NCBI GenBank assembly: GCA_029561555.1
Contig: JAKQXH010000080.1
Location: 1-57,118 of the forward strand
DNA length: 57,118 bases
DNA from: Candidatus Omnitrophota bacterium
GTDB lineage: Bacteria; Omnitrophota; Omnitrophia; Omnitrophales; Omnitrophaceae
Reading direction: 5' to 3'
Of the stretch, positions 44,564 through 53,526 are shown in pieces (the stretch's first letter is position 1; each line of letters begins with the position of its first letter). The notes under the pieces are model-generated. The model ran no database searches and had not been told where the DNA came from. It was given only the letters and a program-made list of their open reading frames with translations. Position numbers and translations under genes: made by a program.

Positions 44564-45217
44564 TTATCGGGAGAAAAACAGAGCAAAAACCCCTTTTGCC
44601 AAATACCCCGATCCGACCAGCAGGGCGGTCATCGCCCCGACGGTCCTCAGCCGATCGCTCGAGAAAAGCGGCACAAGCAGAAACAAGGGCAGGAGATAAA
44701 GAGAGCTCGAAATAAAGAAGGCGAAAAAGAAAATCGTGCCGAGTGCGGGATTTCCGATTTCCAGAAGGCGATCAATCCCGATCAGAAAAGGCGGGCAAAC
44801 ATTCCATCCCATCAGAAAACCGAGTAAAAACGGAAATTGCCGGGACACGAACGGTTTGGGGGACCGGAGACAGGCGGTTTTTTTAAAAAAAAGCCTCTCT
44901 GAGGCGAAAAAAACCATTGCCCCGGCTAAAACAATCAACGCCCAATCGTGAAAAGATTCAGGAAAGCGGCCCCGAAATCGTCCTCCAAGCCAGCCTGCAA
45001 ATCCTCCGGCAAGAAGATAAGCAATCAGCCGGCCGGAAAAAAACTTTAAAAGAAGAAACGCCTGTTTCCGGAGACCGCTTTTCCCTTCCGTCATCAAATA
45101 AGGCAACAAAAACGGAAAACAAGTCGTGGCGCAAACCGATCCCGTAGACAGCCCTAACATCAATCCTTCAAAAGAGATAGAAACCAACGGGTTCATAAAA
45201 AATTCCGTATCAGCCAT
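44564..45217 (-). CDS. DsbD_2 / TauE-SafE-like membrane protein
   Basis: GLMLGLSTGSVCATTCFP and LMGWNVCPP membrane cysteine motifs; GRLIAY; about 6 TM helices. Confidence 0.75.
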   Translation of the reverse strand: MADTEFFMNPLVSISFEGLMLGLSTGSVCATTCFPFLLPYLMTEGKSGLRKQAFLLLKFFSGRLIAYLLAGGFAGWLGGRFRGRFPESFHDWALIVLAGAMVFFASERLFFKKTACLRSPKPFVSRQFPFLLGFLMGWNVCPPFLIGIDRLLEIGNPALGTIFFFAFFISSSLYLLPLFLLVPLFSSDRLRTVGAMTALLVGSGYLAKGVFALFFSR

Positions 45218-46376
45218 GAAAACCGGAAGAAACCCATCGGATGATTTTAAGAATGGCAGACGGCACGAAAAGAAGCGAAACCGACCCGCCGATGAGCCAG
45301 GCTGAAATCAGAAAAAGAATCCGGGGGAGCGGAGTTCCCGAAAGTCTCTTTCCGATGCTATAATCGATGGCGCCCGTCGGGCAGGCATCAAAACAATCGC
45401 CGCAGCGATTACAATAAGATGAAATTTTGTGTTCTTTGACGCCGGTCGCATCTATCGCGTAAATGGGGCATGCTTTCAGGCATTGCTGGCACAATGTGCA
45501 AACTTCGGGATTGATCGAAACCCGAAAAGGACTGATCCGGCCCACGATTGCCTGCCAGGCGCCGAACGGACAAAGAAAAGCGCAGAACGTCCTCTTTTTG
45601 ATCAGAACGGGAAGGGCGATAACAAAAAGGATCCCGGCCGCCGCAAAAATCGCGAATTGCCATTTCCGGATCACGGTGTCCGGATCGAGAAAGCCGGTTG
45701 AGATTTTGAGAGGGCAAAGCCAGAGACAATAAACGGGCTGCGTTTTGGCGAGAGACAAAAGCATCACGGCAATCAAAAGGGCCAGAGAAAAATCACGGGC
45801 GCCGCGGGGGAGATGAAACCATTTCAGAAAAGGTTCCTTTCGGAGACTTGAAAAAGTGGTGTCCAGGCCGCCGTAAAAACAGGCCCAGGAACACCAGCCC
45901 TGCCCGATCGAAAGCGTCGCCAAAAGCCAAAACAAAAGACCGGCCGCAAGCGGCGACCACTTGAGCCAATGCCCGCTCATCAGGGCTAAGTACTGGTAAT
46001 AAAGATGGTTAAGAAACGTGGAAACAATGGCGATATGACAGTAAGGGACTTCCCGGATTTCGGGGGTAACCCACACGCTGCCGCTTAATCCGAGCAGGGT
46101 CGCCTTGAATTCGAGAATAAACGCCCAGGCGAGAATGATAAAAAATAAAGATCGCCATCCGGAGACGCGGCCGGTTCGGAAAACACGGTAACTCGCGAAA
46201 CCGATGCCGGAAATCCAGGCCAATTTGGCCGCGAAAAGCGCGCCCCCGGCACCGGAAAAAACGGGCAATGACAGACACAGGACAATGACAACCGATAATC
46301 CGAAACTCAAACCGAAGGAAAGGCTTGAAGCGTGCCGGACCGCGTTTTGCTTTTGAAAAACAGACTCTTTTTTCAT
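45210..46376 (-). CDS. Membrane polyferredoxin (NapH/MauN/NosR-like 4Fe-4S binding protein)
   Basis: TM helices; WCSWAC, YCLWLCP and FCAFLCP motifs; two CxxCxxCxxxCP clusters (CTLCQQCLKACP, CNRCGDCFDACP). Confidence 0.88.
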   Translation of the reverse strand: MKKESVFQKQNAVRHASSLSFGLSFGLSVVIVLCLSLPVFSGAGGALFAAKLAWISGIGFASYRVFRTGRVSGWRSLFFIILAWAFILEFKATLLGLSGSVWVTPEIREVPYCHIAIVSTFLNHLYYQYLALMSGHWLKWSPLAAGLLFWLLATLSIGQGWCSWACFYGGLDTTFSSLRKEPFLKWFHLPRGARDFSLALLIAVMLLSLAKTQPVYCLWLCPLKISTGFLDPDTVIRKWQFAIFAAAGILFVIALPVLIKKRTFCAFLCPFGAWQAIVGRISPFRVSINPEVCTLCQQCLKACPIYAIDATGVKEHKISSYCNRCGDCFDACPTGAIDYSIGKRLSGTPLPRILFLISAWLIGGSVSLLFVPSAILKIIRWVSSGFHG

Positions 46377-48581
46377 GGGGCTATCGTCGTTTACGGATTC
46401 GCTTGTCTTGGCGCGCAGTTGCTTTTGTTGCGCGAACTGAGCGTTTTGTTTTACGGAAACGAACTTTTCCTCGGATACTCTCTCGGGATCTGGCTCTTAT
46501 GGGTCGGCCTGGGAAGTTTCCTTTTTCGGAAATATTCCGCATCCTCCAGAGGCCCGGTCCGCGGCGAAGAAGCGCCTGTTTTCCCCGTCCTGTTTCTGAC
46601 CCTGGGGCTTCTTGTCCCGTTTCAAATTATCCTGATCCGACTGTCAAAACTTCTATTCGGGTTCGGCATGACTTCCGGTCCCGTCGCGATGATTTTTCTG
46701 ACGGGGTTCCTGCTTTTTCCGGTCGGAAGCCTTGCCGGAGCGGTTTTCGGCGCGGGAACCGTGTTTTTCAAAAATCGCCTTGCCTCTCCTCCCGCGCAGG
46801 TCTATTTCCTGGAATCCGCCGGCGCGATCCTGTGCGGCATCTTTTACACCTTTTGCGCCGCCGGGCGTCTTTCCAATTTTGCCTCGGCCATTATCTTAAG
46901 CGCGCTGGTCCTGCTTGTAAACGTTCCTTTCGCGAAAGACCTTCCAAAAAAAAAGGTTTTTTCCGCCGCGGCCTTTCTGGTTTTCGTGTCCCTCGTTTTA
47001 TTGGCCGGTCTGAACGCGGACCGCTTCAGCCATCGCCTTCAATGGAAAGGTTACGAATTGCTCCGGGTCCGGGATTCCCGATTCGGAAATCTGGCGTTAA
47101 CCCAAACCGGCACTCTGAAAGAATTTTTCCAGGACGGCCTGATCGCCTCGCATTTTCCGGATCCCCAGGCGCACGAAGAAATCGTTCATCTCGCGCTCTT
47201 GTCCCACCCGGCGCCCAAAAAAGTTTTAATCATCGGCAGTGCCCTGACGGGCGAATTGAAGGAAATCTTAAAGCATCCCGTGCGCGCGGTGGACCACACG
47301 GAAATCGATCCGGATCTCGGGCCTTTCCTGTTTCCGTTTCTCGGCCCGGACGACCGGGAAGCGTTAACCGATCCCCGAGTCAGGATATACGAAGAAGACG
47401 GACGTGCTTATCTGAAGCGGGTTAACGGCCTTTACGACGTCGTGATTTTAAATCTGCCGGAACCCGCCAACGCCCAGATCAACCGTTATTACACGCGGGA
47501 ATTTTTTCTCGAAGCGCGGCAACGCCTGTCTCCCAAAGGTATTTTGGCCCTCAAAATTCCTTCGTCCGAAAATTACCTTCCGTCTCAAATCGCGTTTTTC
47601 AATCGCTCCGTCTACCGGACCCTGAAAACCGTCTTCAAGGAAGTATCCCTGGCTCCGGAACAGTCCTTAATCCTTCTCGCTTCCGAAACGCCGCCGGAAT
47701 TGGATCCGGAAACTCTCGCCATGCGCTACCGGGAGCGGAATCTCAACAATATCCGGGTTGTTCCGAGTTATTTCCCGTCCAGGCTTGATCCGGCCCGCAT
47801 CGCCTTTTTCAAAACGCGTCTTGAGGCGCCTCCTCTTCCCGCGATCAACCGCGATTTCACCCCCGTCAGTTATCTATACCTTTGGCGGGCCTGGCTTCTC
47901 AAATTTCAATCTCCGTCCGATTTTCTCTGGTTAATTCTCACGGGATTTCTGACCCTTTGGGGGCTGAGAACGCTTTTAAAAACGCGCCGCCGTTCCGTTT
48001 TCATCCCGGAACTCTCGGCTATTTTTTCACTCGGCTTTTCCGGCATTGTTTACGAAATTCTTTTGCTTCTCGTTTTCGAAGCAACGGTCGGTTATGTTTA
48101 CTGGCAAATCGGCATGCTTTTCGCCGCATTCATGACGGGACTTTCTCTCGGAAGTTTTTGGGGACAAAAGATTTTTGCGCATCGGCTCCTTGCCCCGCGA
48201 AAAATTTCAGGGTTGCTTTGCCTGGGGCAGGCCGGGTACGGAATATTGCTCTGGGGCTGCATTTTGGGCATTTCCCGGCTTCAGGAGAAAAATCTTTCTC
48301 CGGCCGAAATCGCGGTTTTGCTGAATTTATTGATGCTCCCCGCCGGACTGATTCCGGGTTTCGGGTTTTCCCTGCTCAGCCGGTCTTCTTCCGCCGGAAA
48401 TCTTTACGCGGCCGACCTTTGGGGCGGTTCCGTCGGCGCCGTTCTGACGGGTCTTTTCCTGGTTCCCTGGCTGGGATTGGCTAATTTGGCTTGGCTTGTT
48501 TCGACCGGTTTGATCTTCATCGGAATTTTAAGCTTTTTGCCGTTCCGAACCGCGAGAAACAAAATTTTCGTTTCTTCTTGA
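46332..48581 (+). CDS. Membrane-fused spermidine-synthase-like protein (TM - SpeE-like domain - TM)
   Basis: AQLLLLREL...YGNEL, DSRFGNL, HEEIVH, KKVLIIG, EIDP, EEDGRAYL, YDVVILNLPEP, YAADLWGG. The start codon (GTG/TTG) is uncertain. Confidence 0.85.
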   Translation: MPDRVLLLKNRLFFHGAIVVYGFACLGAQLLLLRELSVLFYGNELFLGYSLGIWLLWVGLGSFLFRKYSASSRGPVRGEEAPVFPVLFLTLGLLVPFQIILIRLSKLLFGFGMTSGPVAMIFLTGFLLFPVGSLAGAVFGAGTVFFKNRLASPPAQVYFLESAGAILCGIFYTFCAAGRLSNFASAIILSALVLLVNVPFAKDLPKKKVFSAAAFLVFVSLVLLAGLNADRFSHRLQWKGYELLRVRDSRFGNLALTQTGTLKEFFQDGLIASHFPDPQAHEEIVHLALLSHPAPKKVLIIGSALTGELKEILKHPVRAVDHTEIDPDLGPFLFPFLGPDDREALTDPRVRIYEEDGRAYLKRVNGLYDVVILNLPEPANAQINRYYTREFFLEARQRLSPKGILALKIPSSENYLPSQIAFFNRSVYRTLKTVFKEVSLAPEQSLILLASETPPELDPETLAMRYRERNLNNIRVVPSYFPSRLDPARIAFFKTRLEAPPLPAINRDFTPVSYLYLWRAWLLKFQSPSDFLWLILTGFLTLWGLRTLLKTRRRSVFIPELSAIFSLGFSGIVYEILLLLVFEATVGYVYWQIGMLFAAFMTGLSLGSFWGQKIFAHRLLAPRKISGLLCLGQAGYGILLWGCILGISRLQEKNLSPAEIAVLLNLLMLPAGLIPGFGFSLLSRSSSAGNLYAADLWGGSVGAVLTGLFLVPWLGLANLAWLVSTGLIFIGILSFLPFRTARNKIFVSS

Positions 48582-48595
48582 GTCCTGCTATTGTT

Positions 48596-49765
48596 TTACC
48601 GCCAAATGCCGGGAATTTTGGTGTTATCGTAAGGGCAATAGCCCCCGGGCTTGAGCCGGTTGGCGATCACCGCGTAACCATAGCGTTCGATCAGGGGTTT
48701 ATGACAGGTGGGACAATATGTATTTTCTCCGGGATCACCCGGATTGTTTCCGCTGTAAACGTAATGCAGCCCCTCTTCCATCCCGATTTCCCGGGCCCGC
48801 CGGAGGGTTTCGGGAAGCGTGGGCGGAAGGTTCGACAATTGATACTGAGGCGTAAAGCGGGAGAAAAAAACGGGCGTATCGGGCCCCAATTCCCGCCGGA
48901 TCCATTGACACATCTTCCGGATTTCGTCGGGATGATCGTTCAGCGTGGGAACGACTAAATTCACGACCTCGGTTAAAATTCCCAGCTTTGCCAGCAAAAC
49001 CAGCGTATTGAGAACGAACCGCAATTCTCCTTTCACCACGCGCCGATAGAATTTTTCGTTGAACCCCTTGAGGTCCACTTTCATCACATCGATAAAAGGC
49101 GCAAGCCCTCGGAGGGGCTTTTCGTTGATATACCCCGCGGAAATCACCACGTTCCGGATGTTTTGACGTTTTGCGAGCTTCATCGTATCCAGCATATACT
49201 CATAAAAAACCGTCGGCTCTCCGTAAGTGTACGCGATGGAAGCGCTCCGGGTTAGAACGGCGCCCCGCACGACCTCCTCCGGGGACATGGGTTTCCCTTC
49301 CGCCTGCTCGGGAAGGCTTTGCGAAATCTCCCAGTTCTGGCAAAACGCGCATCTCAAATTACATCCGACCGTTGAAATCGAAAAAGCGCGGGAACCGGGA
49401 TAGAGATGATAGACCGGTTTCTTCTCGATGGGATCCACATGAACGGCAACCGGTTGGGCGTAAACCAGCGTCATCAGGCGCCCGGAATTATTGACGCGGA
49501 CATTGCAAAGCCCGCGCATCCCTTCCGGCAAGAAACACCGGAACGGACAGAGGGTGCACTGAACGCCCGCGCAGGCGCTCTCCCACCACAGGGCCTCCCG
49601 AAGCAGCGGATTGGTTTCCCCGGGAAGACGACTTAGGGTTTTGGGGGGCGGATACAAAGAAATCAGCGAGGACACCGTTCCCGAAAGCGCGGGCCCCGCG
49701 ATAACCGCCCCCGTAATCGCCGCCGCTTTTTTCAGAAACTCAAGCCGGGTGATGGATTCAGACAT
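48596..49765 (-). CDS. AmmeMemoRadiSam-type radical SAM enzyme with Tat-like N-terminal extension
   Basis: CTLCPFRC, VDPIEKKPVYH, GCNLRCAFCQNWEISQ, AYTYGEP, VDLKGF, FSRFTPQY, YVYSGN, NTYCPTC. Confidence 0.92.
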   Translation of the reverse strand: MSESITRLEFLKKAAAITGAVIAGPALSGTVSSLISLYPPPKTLSRLPGETNPLLREALWWESACAGVQCTLCPFRCFLPEGMRGLCNVRVNNSGRLMTLVYAQPVAVHVDPIEKKPVYHLYPGSRAFSISTVGCNLRCAFCQNWEISQSLPEQAEGKPMSPEEVVRGAVLTRSASIAYTYGEPTVFYEYMLDTMKLAKRQNIRNVVISAGYINEKPLRGLAPFIDVMKVDLKGFNEKFYRRVVKGELRFVLNTLVLLAKLGILTEVVNLVVPTLNDHPDEIRKMCQWIRRELGPDTPVFFSRFTPQYQLSNLPPTLPETLRRAREIGMEEGLHYVYSGNNPGDPGENTYCPTCHKPLIERYGYAVIANRLKPGGYCPYDNTKIPGIWR

Positions 49766-50052
49766 AATTTATTTCGATACTAAAACAACGTTTCCCGCAA
49801 TGCCCTAAAAAATCTATCGCTTCCCTTCAGAAAATCAAGCTCGCGGTTCGGAGACGGATCGGATTTGCCGGCACTAAAAATTCTTAACTCTTCTCGGCAA
49901 ATCTTTGCGGCAAAGAGAACGACGGAAGCATTCCTCAGCCGAGACAACCTTGGCTTTTGCCCGAACCGCAGCATTTGAGTGAAGTCGGAAAATTAAGAAA
50001 TTTTCACCCCGCCCGGAAAATTTTTGCGCTAAAGAACCGCCGGCCTGCGTTT

Positions 50053-50430
50053 TCACTCCGCCTTCCAGACCACCACATACGGTTCCTGCATTTTAAAGTT
50101 TTTTTTGAGATATCGCTTCAGCTCCGTCGAAAAATTCCGGGGGGCCGTCACCCAAAAAGTGATGTTGTTGTCTTTTTCTACGGCGCCTTGGTGGCTGACC
50201 CATCCGCCCGCCGATGCCCCGAGAATCGTATAACCCCCGGCTGTTTTTAATAAATAGGTTTTCAAGTCCGAAACAGCGGCCTTATTTTGCGTCCCGCTGG
50301 CATCAACGGCGGGCACCACGAAAAAATGAACAAATGTCTCCTGTGTTTCCGCGAAAACCTTCGCGGGCGGCAACAGCAGGAATCCGCACAATGCAATGCT
50401 CAAAAGGATTTTAAAAGGAAAGGGTTTCAC
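50053..50430 (-). CDS. Hypothetical secreted protein (possible DUF3574/PII-like fold)
   Basis: Signal peptide ending in VFA; GGYT...GGW pattern; AGGAGG RBS. Confidence 0.65.
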   Translation of the reverse strand: MKPFPFKILLSIALCGFLLLPPAKVFAETQETFVHFFVVPAVDASGTQNKAAVSDLKTYLLKTAGGYTILGASAGGWVSHQGAVEKDNNITFWVTAPRNFSTELKRYLKKNFKMQEPYVVVWKAE

Positions 50431-50466
50431 AAAAACCTCCTTTTGCGTTGAAAAATCAAAAACCGA

Positions 50467-51912
50467 TTAGCGTTCTCCGATTTTATGAATTTTCACCATA
50501 TAGCGGGCGGCAGGCAAAGCTTGCCTGCCGGAAACAATGACGGTCGAGTCCCCCGGCTTGAGGAGCGCCATCCGAAGAATGCTCCGCTCTCCTTCATGCA
50601 GCATCGCATCGGTGCTTCTCCGATAATTCATCTGAAGCGGGGTCACGCCCCAAAACAAATTCAATCTGCGGCAAATCTTTTCCGAAGGCGCCATGGCAAT
50701 AATCTTCGCGGCCGGCCTTAATTTGGAAACCAACATGGCGGTTCCCCCGCTTGCCGTAAACGCAACGATCGCTTTGGCCTTCAAATCACCGACGGCATCA
50801 CAGGCCGCAACCGTAATCGCGTGCACGGGAAGATCTCTCTGCCTGAAAAAACGGCCGCGGTCATGTTCGTCTTCCGCCCGGATATGCTCTTCGGTCTCCC
50901 GGATAATGCGGGCCATGGTCCTGACGGACTCGGCGGGATACTTTCCCATCGCGGTTTCCCCTGAAAGCATAACGGCATCCGTTCCGTCAAACACCGCATT
51001 GGCAATATCCGAGGCTTCCGCCCGGGTCGGGCGGGGGTTTTCCATCATGGACTCCAGCATCTGTGTTGCCGTGATTACCGGAATTCCGGCCCGGTTGGCA
51101 AGAGCAATCAGATGTTTTTGCGTTACCGGAACTTTTTCGACGCCCATTTCGATCCCCAGATCGCCTCTCGCGACCATGATGCCGTCGGCTTCTTTCAGAA
51201 TAGAATTGAACCGTTCCACTGCCTGCGGTTTTTCAATCTTGGCGATAACGGGAATTTCCTTGCCGCGTTTTTTCATCCATCGTTTAACGGTCCGGATATC
51301 CTCTTCGGTCCGGACAAAAGACAGTCCGATATAATCCGCATTCATCGCGGTCGCGATCGAAAGGTCCTGAAGGTCTTTTTCCGTTACGGCGGGGAAATCA
51401 ACCCGCACATTGGGGAGGTTGATCCCTTTGTTTTCCCCCAATGTCCCTCCCGCGAGAATGCGTCCGACAATGCGGTTTTTTTGGAGGCGGATTACTTCGA
51501 CTTCCATCAATCCGTTGTCCAGAAGAATTCGGTCGCCTTTTCCTAAAATTTTGGCAAACTGCCGGCACGGAGTGGTGATGACGGAATCAAACCCGGGACC
51601 GGAAGAGGGCAGAATCGAAACTTCTTTCCCCTTCTCAAGCACGATGGGTTTTCCGCCTTTCAGGCGGCCGGTCCGGATTCTCGGCCCCTGCAGATCAACG
51701 AGTGTCGCAACGTGACGGCCGGCCCGGCGGGAAGCCTCCCGGACCAGATGAAGCCATCTCCGAAGTTCCGGGGGACTGCTGTGAGACGCGTTTATCCTGA
51801 AAACATTCACCCCTTCGCGGATCAGCGTTTTTAAATCCTCGAGGCGCCCGCACGCGGGCCCGACGGTCGCGACAATCTTTGTCCGTTTTTCTCTCAGGCT
51901 TTCGAAAGGCAT
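50467..51912 (-). CDS. pyk: Pyruvate kinase
   Basis: RTKIVATVGP, FRINASH, DLQGPRIR, AKIEK, MVARGDLG, TQMLESM, VFDGTDAVMLSGETAMG. The exact start is uncertain and overlaps the purF stop. Confidence 0.95.
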   Translation of the reverse strand: MPFESLREKRTKIVATVGPACGRLEDLKTLIREGVNVFRINASHSSPPELRRWLHLVREASRRAGRHVATLVDLQGPRIRTGRLKGGKPIVLEKGKEVSILPSSGPGFDSVITTPCRQFAKILGKGDRILLDNGLMEVEVIRLQKNRIVGRILAGGTLGENKGINLPNVRVDFPAVTEKDLQDLSIATAMNADYIGLSFVRTEEDIRTVKRWMKKRGKEIPVIAKIEKPQAVERFNSILKEADGIMVARGDLGIEMGVEKVPVTQKHLIALANRAGIPVITATQMLESMMENPRPTRAEASDIANAVFDGTDAVMLSGETAMGKYPAESVRTMARIIRETEEHIRAEDEHDRGRFFRQRDLPVHAITVAACDAVGDLKAKAIVAFTASGGTAMLVSKLRPAAKIIAMAPSEKICRRLNLFWGVTPLQMNYRRSTDAMLHEGERSILRMALLKPGDSTVIVSGRQALPAARYMVKIHKIGER

Positions 51913-53345
51913 TCCGCGCTCCCGCATTTTTCTCCGTTCGAAGCCGGCCGGGGACATTTTCCCGTCCAGCAATAAAGGCAAAGTTTTTCCCTGGGCAATC
52001 CCACGGCTTCCACCATATCATCAACGGTCTGATATCGAAGCGTCGTCACTCCCAAATCCTTGGCAATCCAATCCACCATTTTTTGATATTTCTCGGAGTT
52101 CGGATCCAGATATTCGCTCACGTCCTCCAAATCTTCCCCTTCGATCGCCCGAATTGCCTTGCGGGCCGCAAGCTCATGGATCGACCGAGTCGACAAGTTG
52201 AACTTGCAGGGAAACATCAGCGGGGGGCAGGCGGGGCGGACATGGATTTCCTTGGCTCCGGCGTCCCACAATTTCTTGACGGTAAAGTTTTTAAGCTGTG
52301 TTCCGCGCACGATGGAATCTTCGCAGACCACAATGCGGTTCCCGTCGATGATTTCTTCGATCGGGATCAGTTTCATCGTCGCGACAAGGTCCCGTGTTTC
52401 TTGGCTCGGCGGCGTATAACTCCTCCCGTAGCCGGGCGTGTATTTCACCAACGGCCTCCGGTACGGTTTTCCGCTTTCCATGGCGTAACCCAACGCATGC
52501 GCCGTACCCGAATCCGGAACACCCGTTACGACATCCGCTTCGATGTCTTTATCCTGCCGGGCCAAAAACCGGCCGCATCTTTCCCGGACCACTTCCGCGT
52601 TAATCCCCTCGTAATTGGAAGCCGGAAACCCCGTGTAAATCCAGAGAAAGGTGCAGATTTGATTTGTCTCTCCCCCCCGGACTTTTTGCGAAACGCCTTT
52701 CTCGTTAATGAGCACAATTTCCCCGGGTTCCAGGTATTTGACAATCTCAAACCCGTTATTCGGAAACGCGCAGGTCTCCGACGTCACGGCAACGGCATCT
52801 TCCCTCTGCCCGATCACAAGGGGGGTGTAACCGAACCGGTCCCGCGCGGCATAAATCCCGTCCCGATGCAGTAAAAGCAGAGAGCAGGATCCTTCGATGG
52901 CGTCGAACATTTTCTGAATCCCGTCAATGATGTCCTCGCCCTGATTGATGAGCTTTGCTATCAATTCGGTCGAATTGACGCCGTTTTCGCTCATTTCCGT
53001 GAACGAAATTCCTTTTTTCAGAAGTTCCCGCGTCAGGGATTCGGCATTCTCGATCAGCCCGTTTGTAACCAGGCAAAATTGCCCGAACCGCGAATTCAGG
53101 TAAATCGGCTGTTCATCCAGCGCGCTGACGACTCCGATTCCTTTGTTTCCCTGAATGTGGCGATATTCCTCGTAGAATTTCGATTTAAACTGGCTTTGGC
53201 TGATATTACGGATTTGCCGGATAAAGTCCTTGCCGAGGACAGCGATCCCCCCAAACTCCGTCCCCAAATGCGAATGATAATCCGTTCCGTAAAATAACGC
53301 GTTGATGCAATCCTTTTCTGAAACGACGCCGAAAATTCCGCTCAT
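51894..53345 (-). CDS. purF: Amidophosphoribosyltransferase-like protein (N-terminal Ser in place of Cys1)
   Basis: RDRFGYTPL, SETCAF, VPDSG, EDSIVRGTQL PRPP motif, CPPLMFPC and LCLYCWTG Fe-S ligands; AGGAG RBS. Confidence 0.9.
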   Translation of the reverse strand: MSGIFGVVSEKDCINALFYGTDYHSHLGTEFGGIAVLGKDFIRQIRNISQSQFKSKFYEEYRHIQGNKGIGVVSALDEQPIYLNSRFGQFCLVTNGLIENAESLTRELLKKGISFTEMSENGVNSTELIAKLINQGEDIIDGIQKMFDAIEGSCSLLLLHRDGIYAARDRFGYTPLVIGQREDAVAVTSETCAFPNNGFEIVKYLEPGEIVLINEKGVSQKVRGGETNQICTFLWIYTGFPASNYEGINAEVVRERCGRFLARQDKDIEADVVTGVPDSGTAHALGYAMESGKPYRRPLVKYTPGYGRSYTPPSQETRDLVATMKLIPIEEIIDGNRIVVCEDSIVRGTQLKNFTVKKLWDAGAKEIHVRPACPPLMFPCKFNLSTRSIHELAARKAIRAIEGEDLEDVSEYLDPNSEKYQKMVDWIAKDLGVTTLRYQTVDDMVEAVGLPREKLCLYCWTGKCPRPASNGEKCGSAECLSKA

Positions 53346-53526
53346 ATTCAGGACTCCTTTTAATCCGGTTTCTTTTGGATGTCAATCGTTACGCATTGCG
53401 AAAATACGCGGCCAGAAATTCCTGTCTCGACATGAAAACGCACGATCATCCTAACACAGAACGGGGTTTTTTTCCTTGCTTTTCGGTTCTTCCGATTCAT
53501 ACTATTCGGAACCTTTTCGAACGAAT

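Noticed and set aside
49896-49955. c-di-GMP-I (GEMM) riboswitch (GGCAAA...GACGGAAGC on the plus strand)
   Set aside because: No clean GNRA-capped P1, no CUAAG/UAUG tetraloop receptor, and the plus strand does not lead into a gene. Kept only as an unassigned structured element.
53357-53385. TTGACA-17-TAAAAG promoter for purF
   Set aside because: The -35 is perfect but the -10 is weak, and the implied start site would fall within or after the AGGAG RBS. Not supportable.
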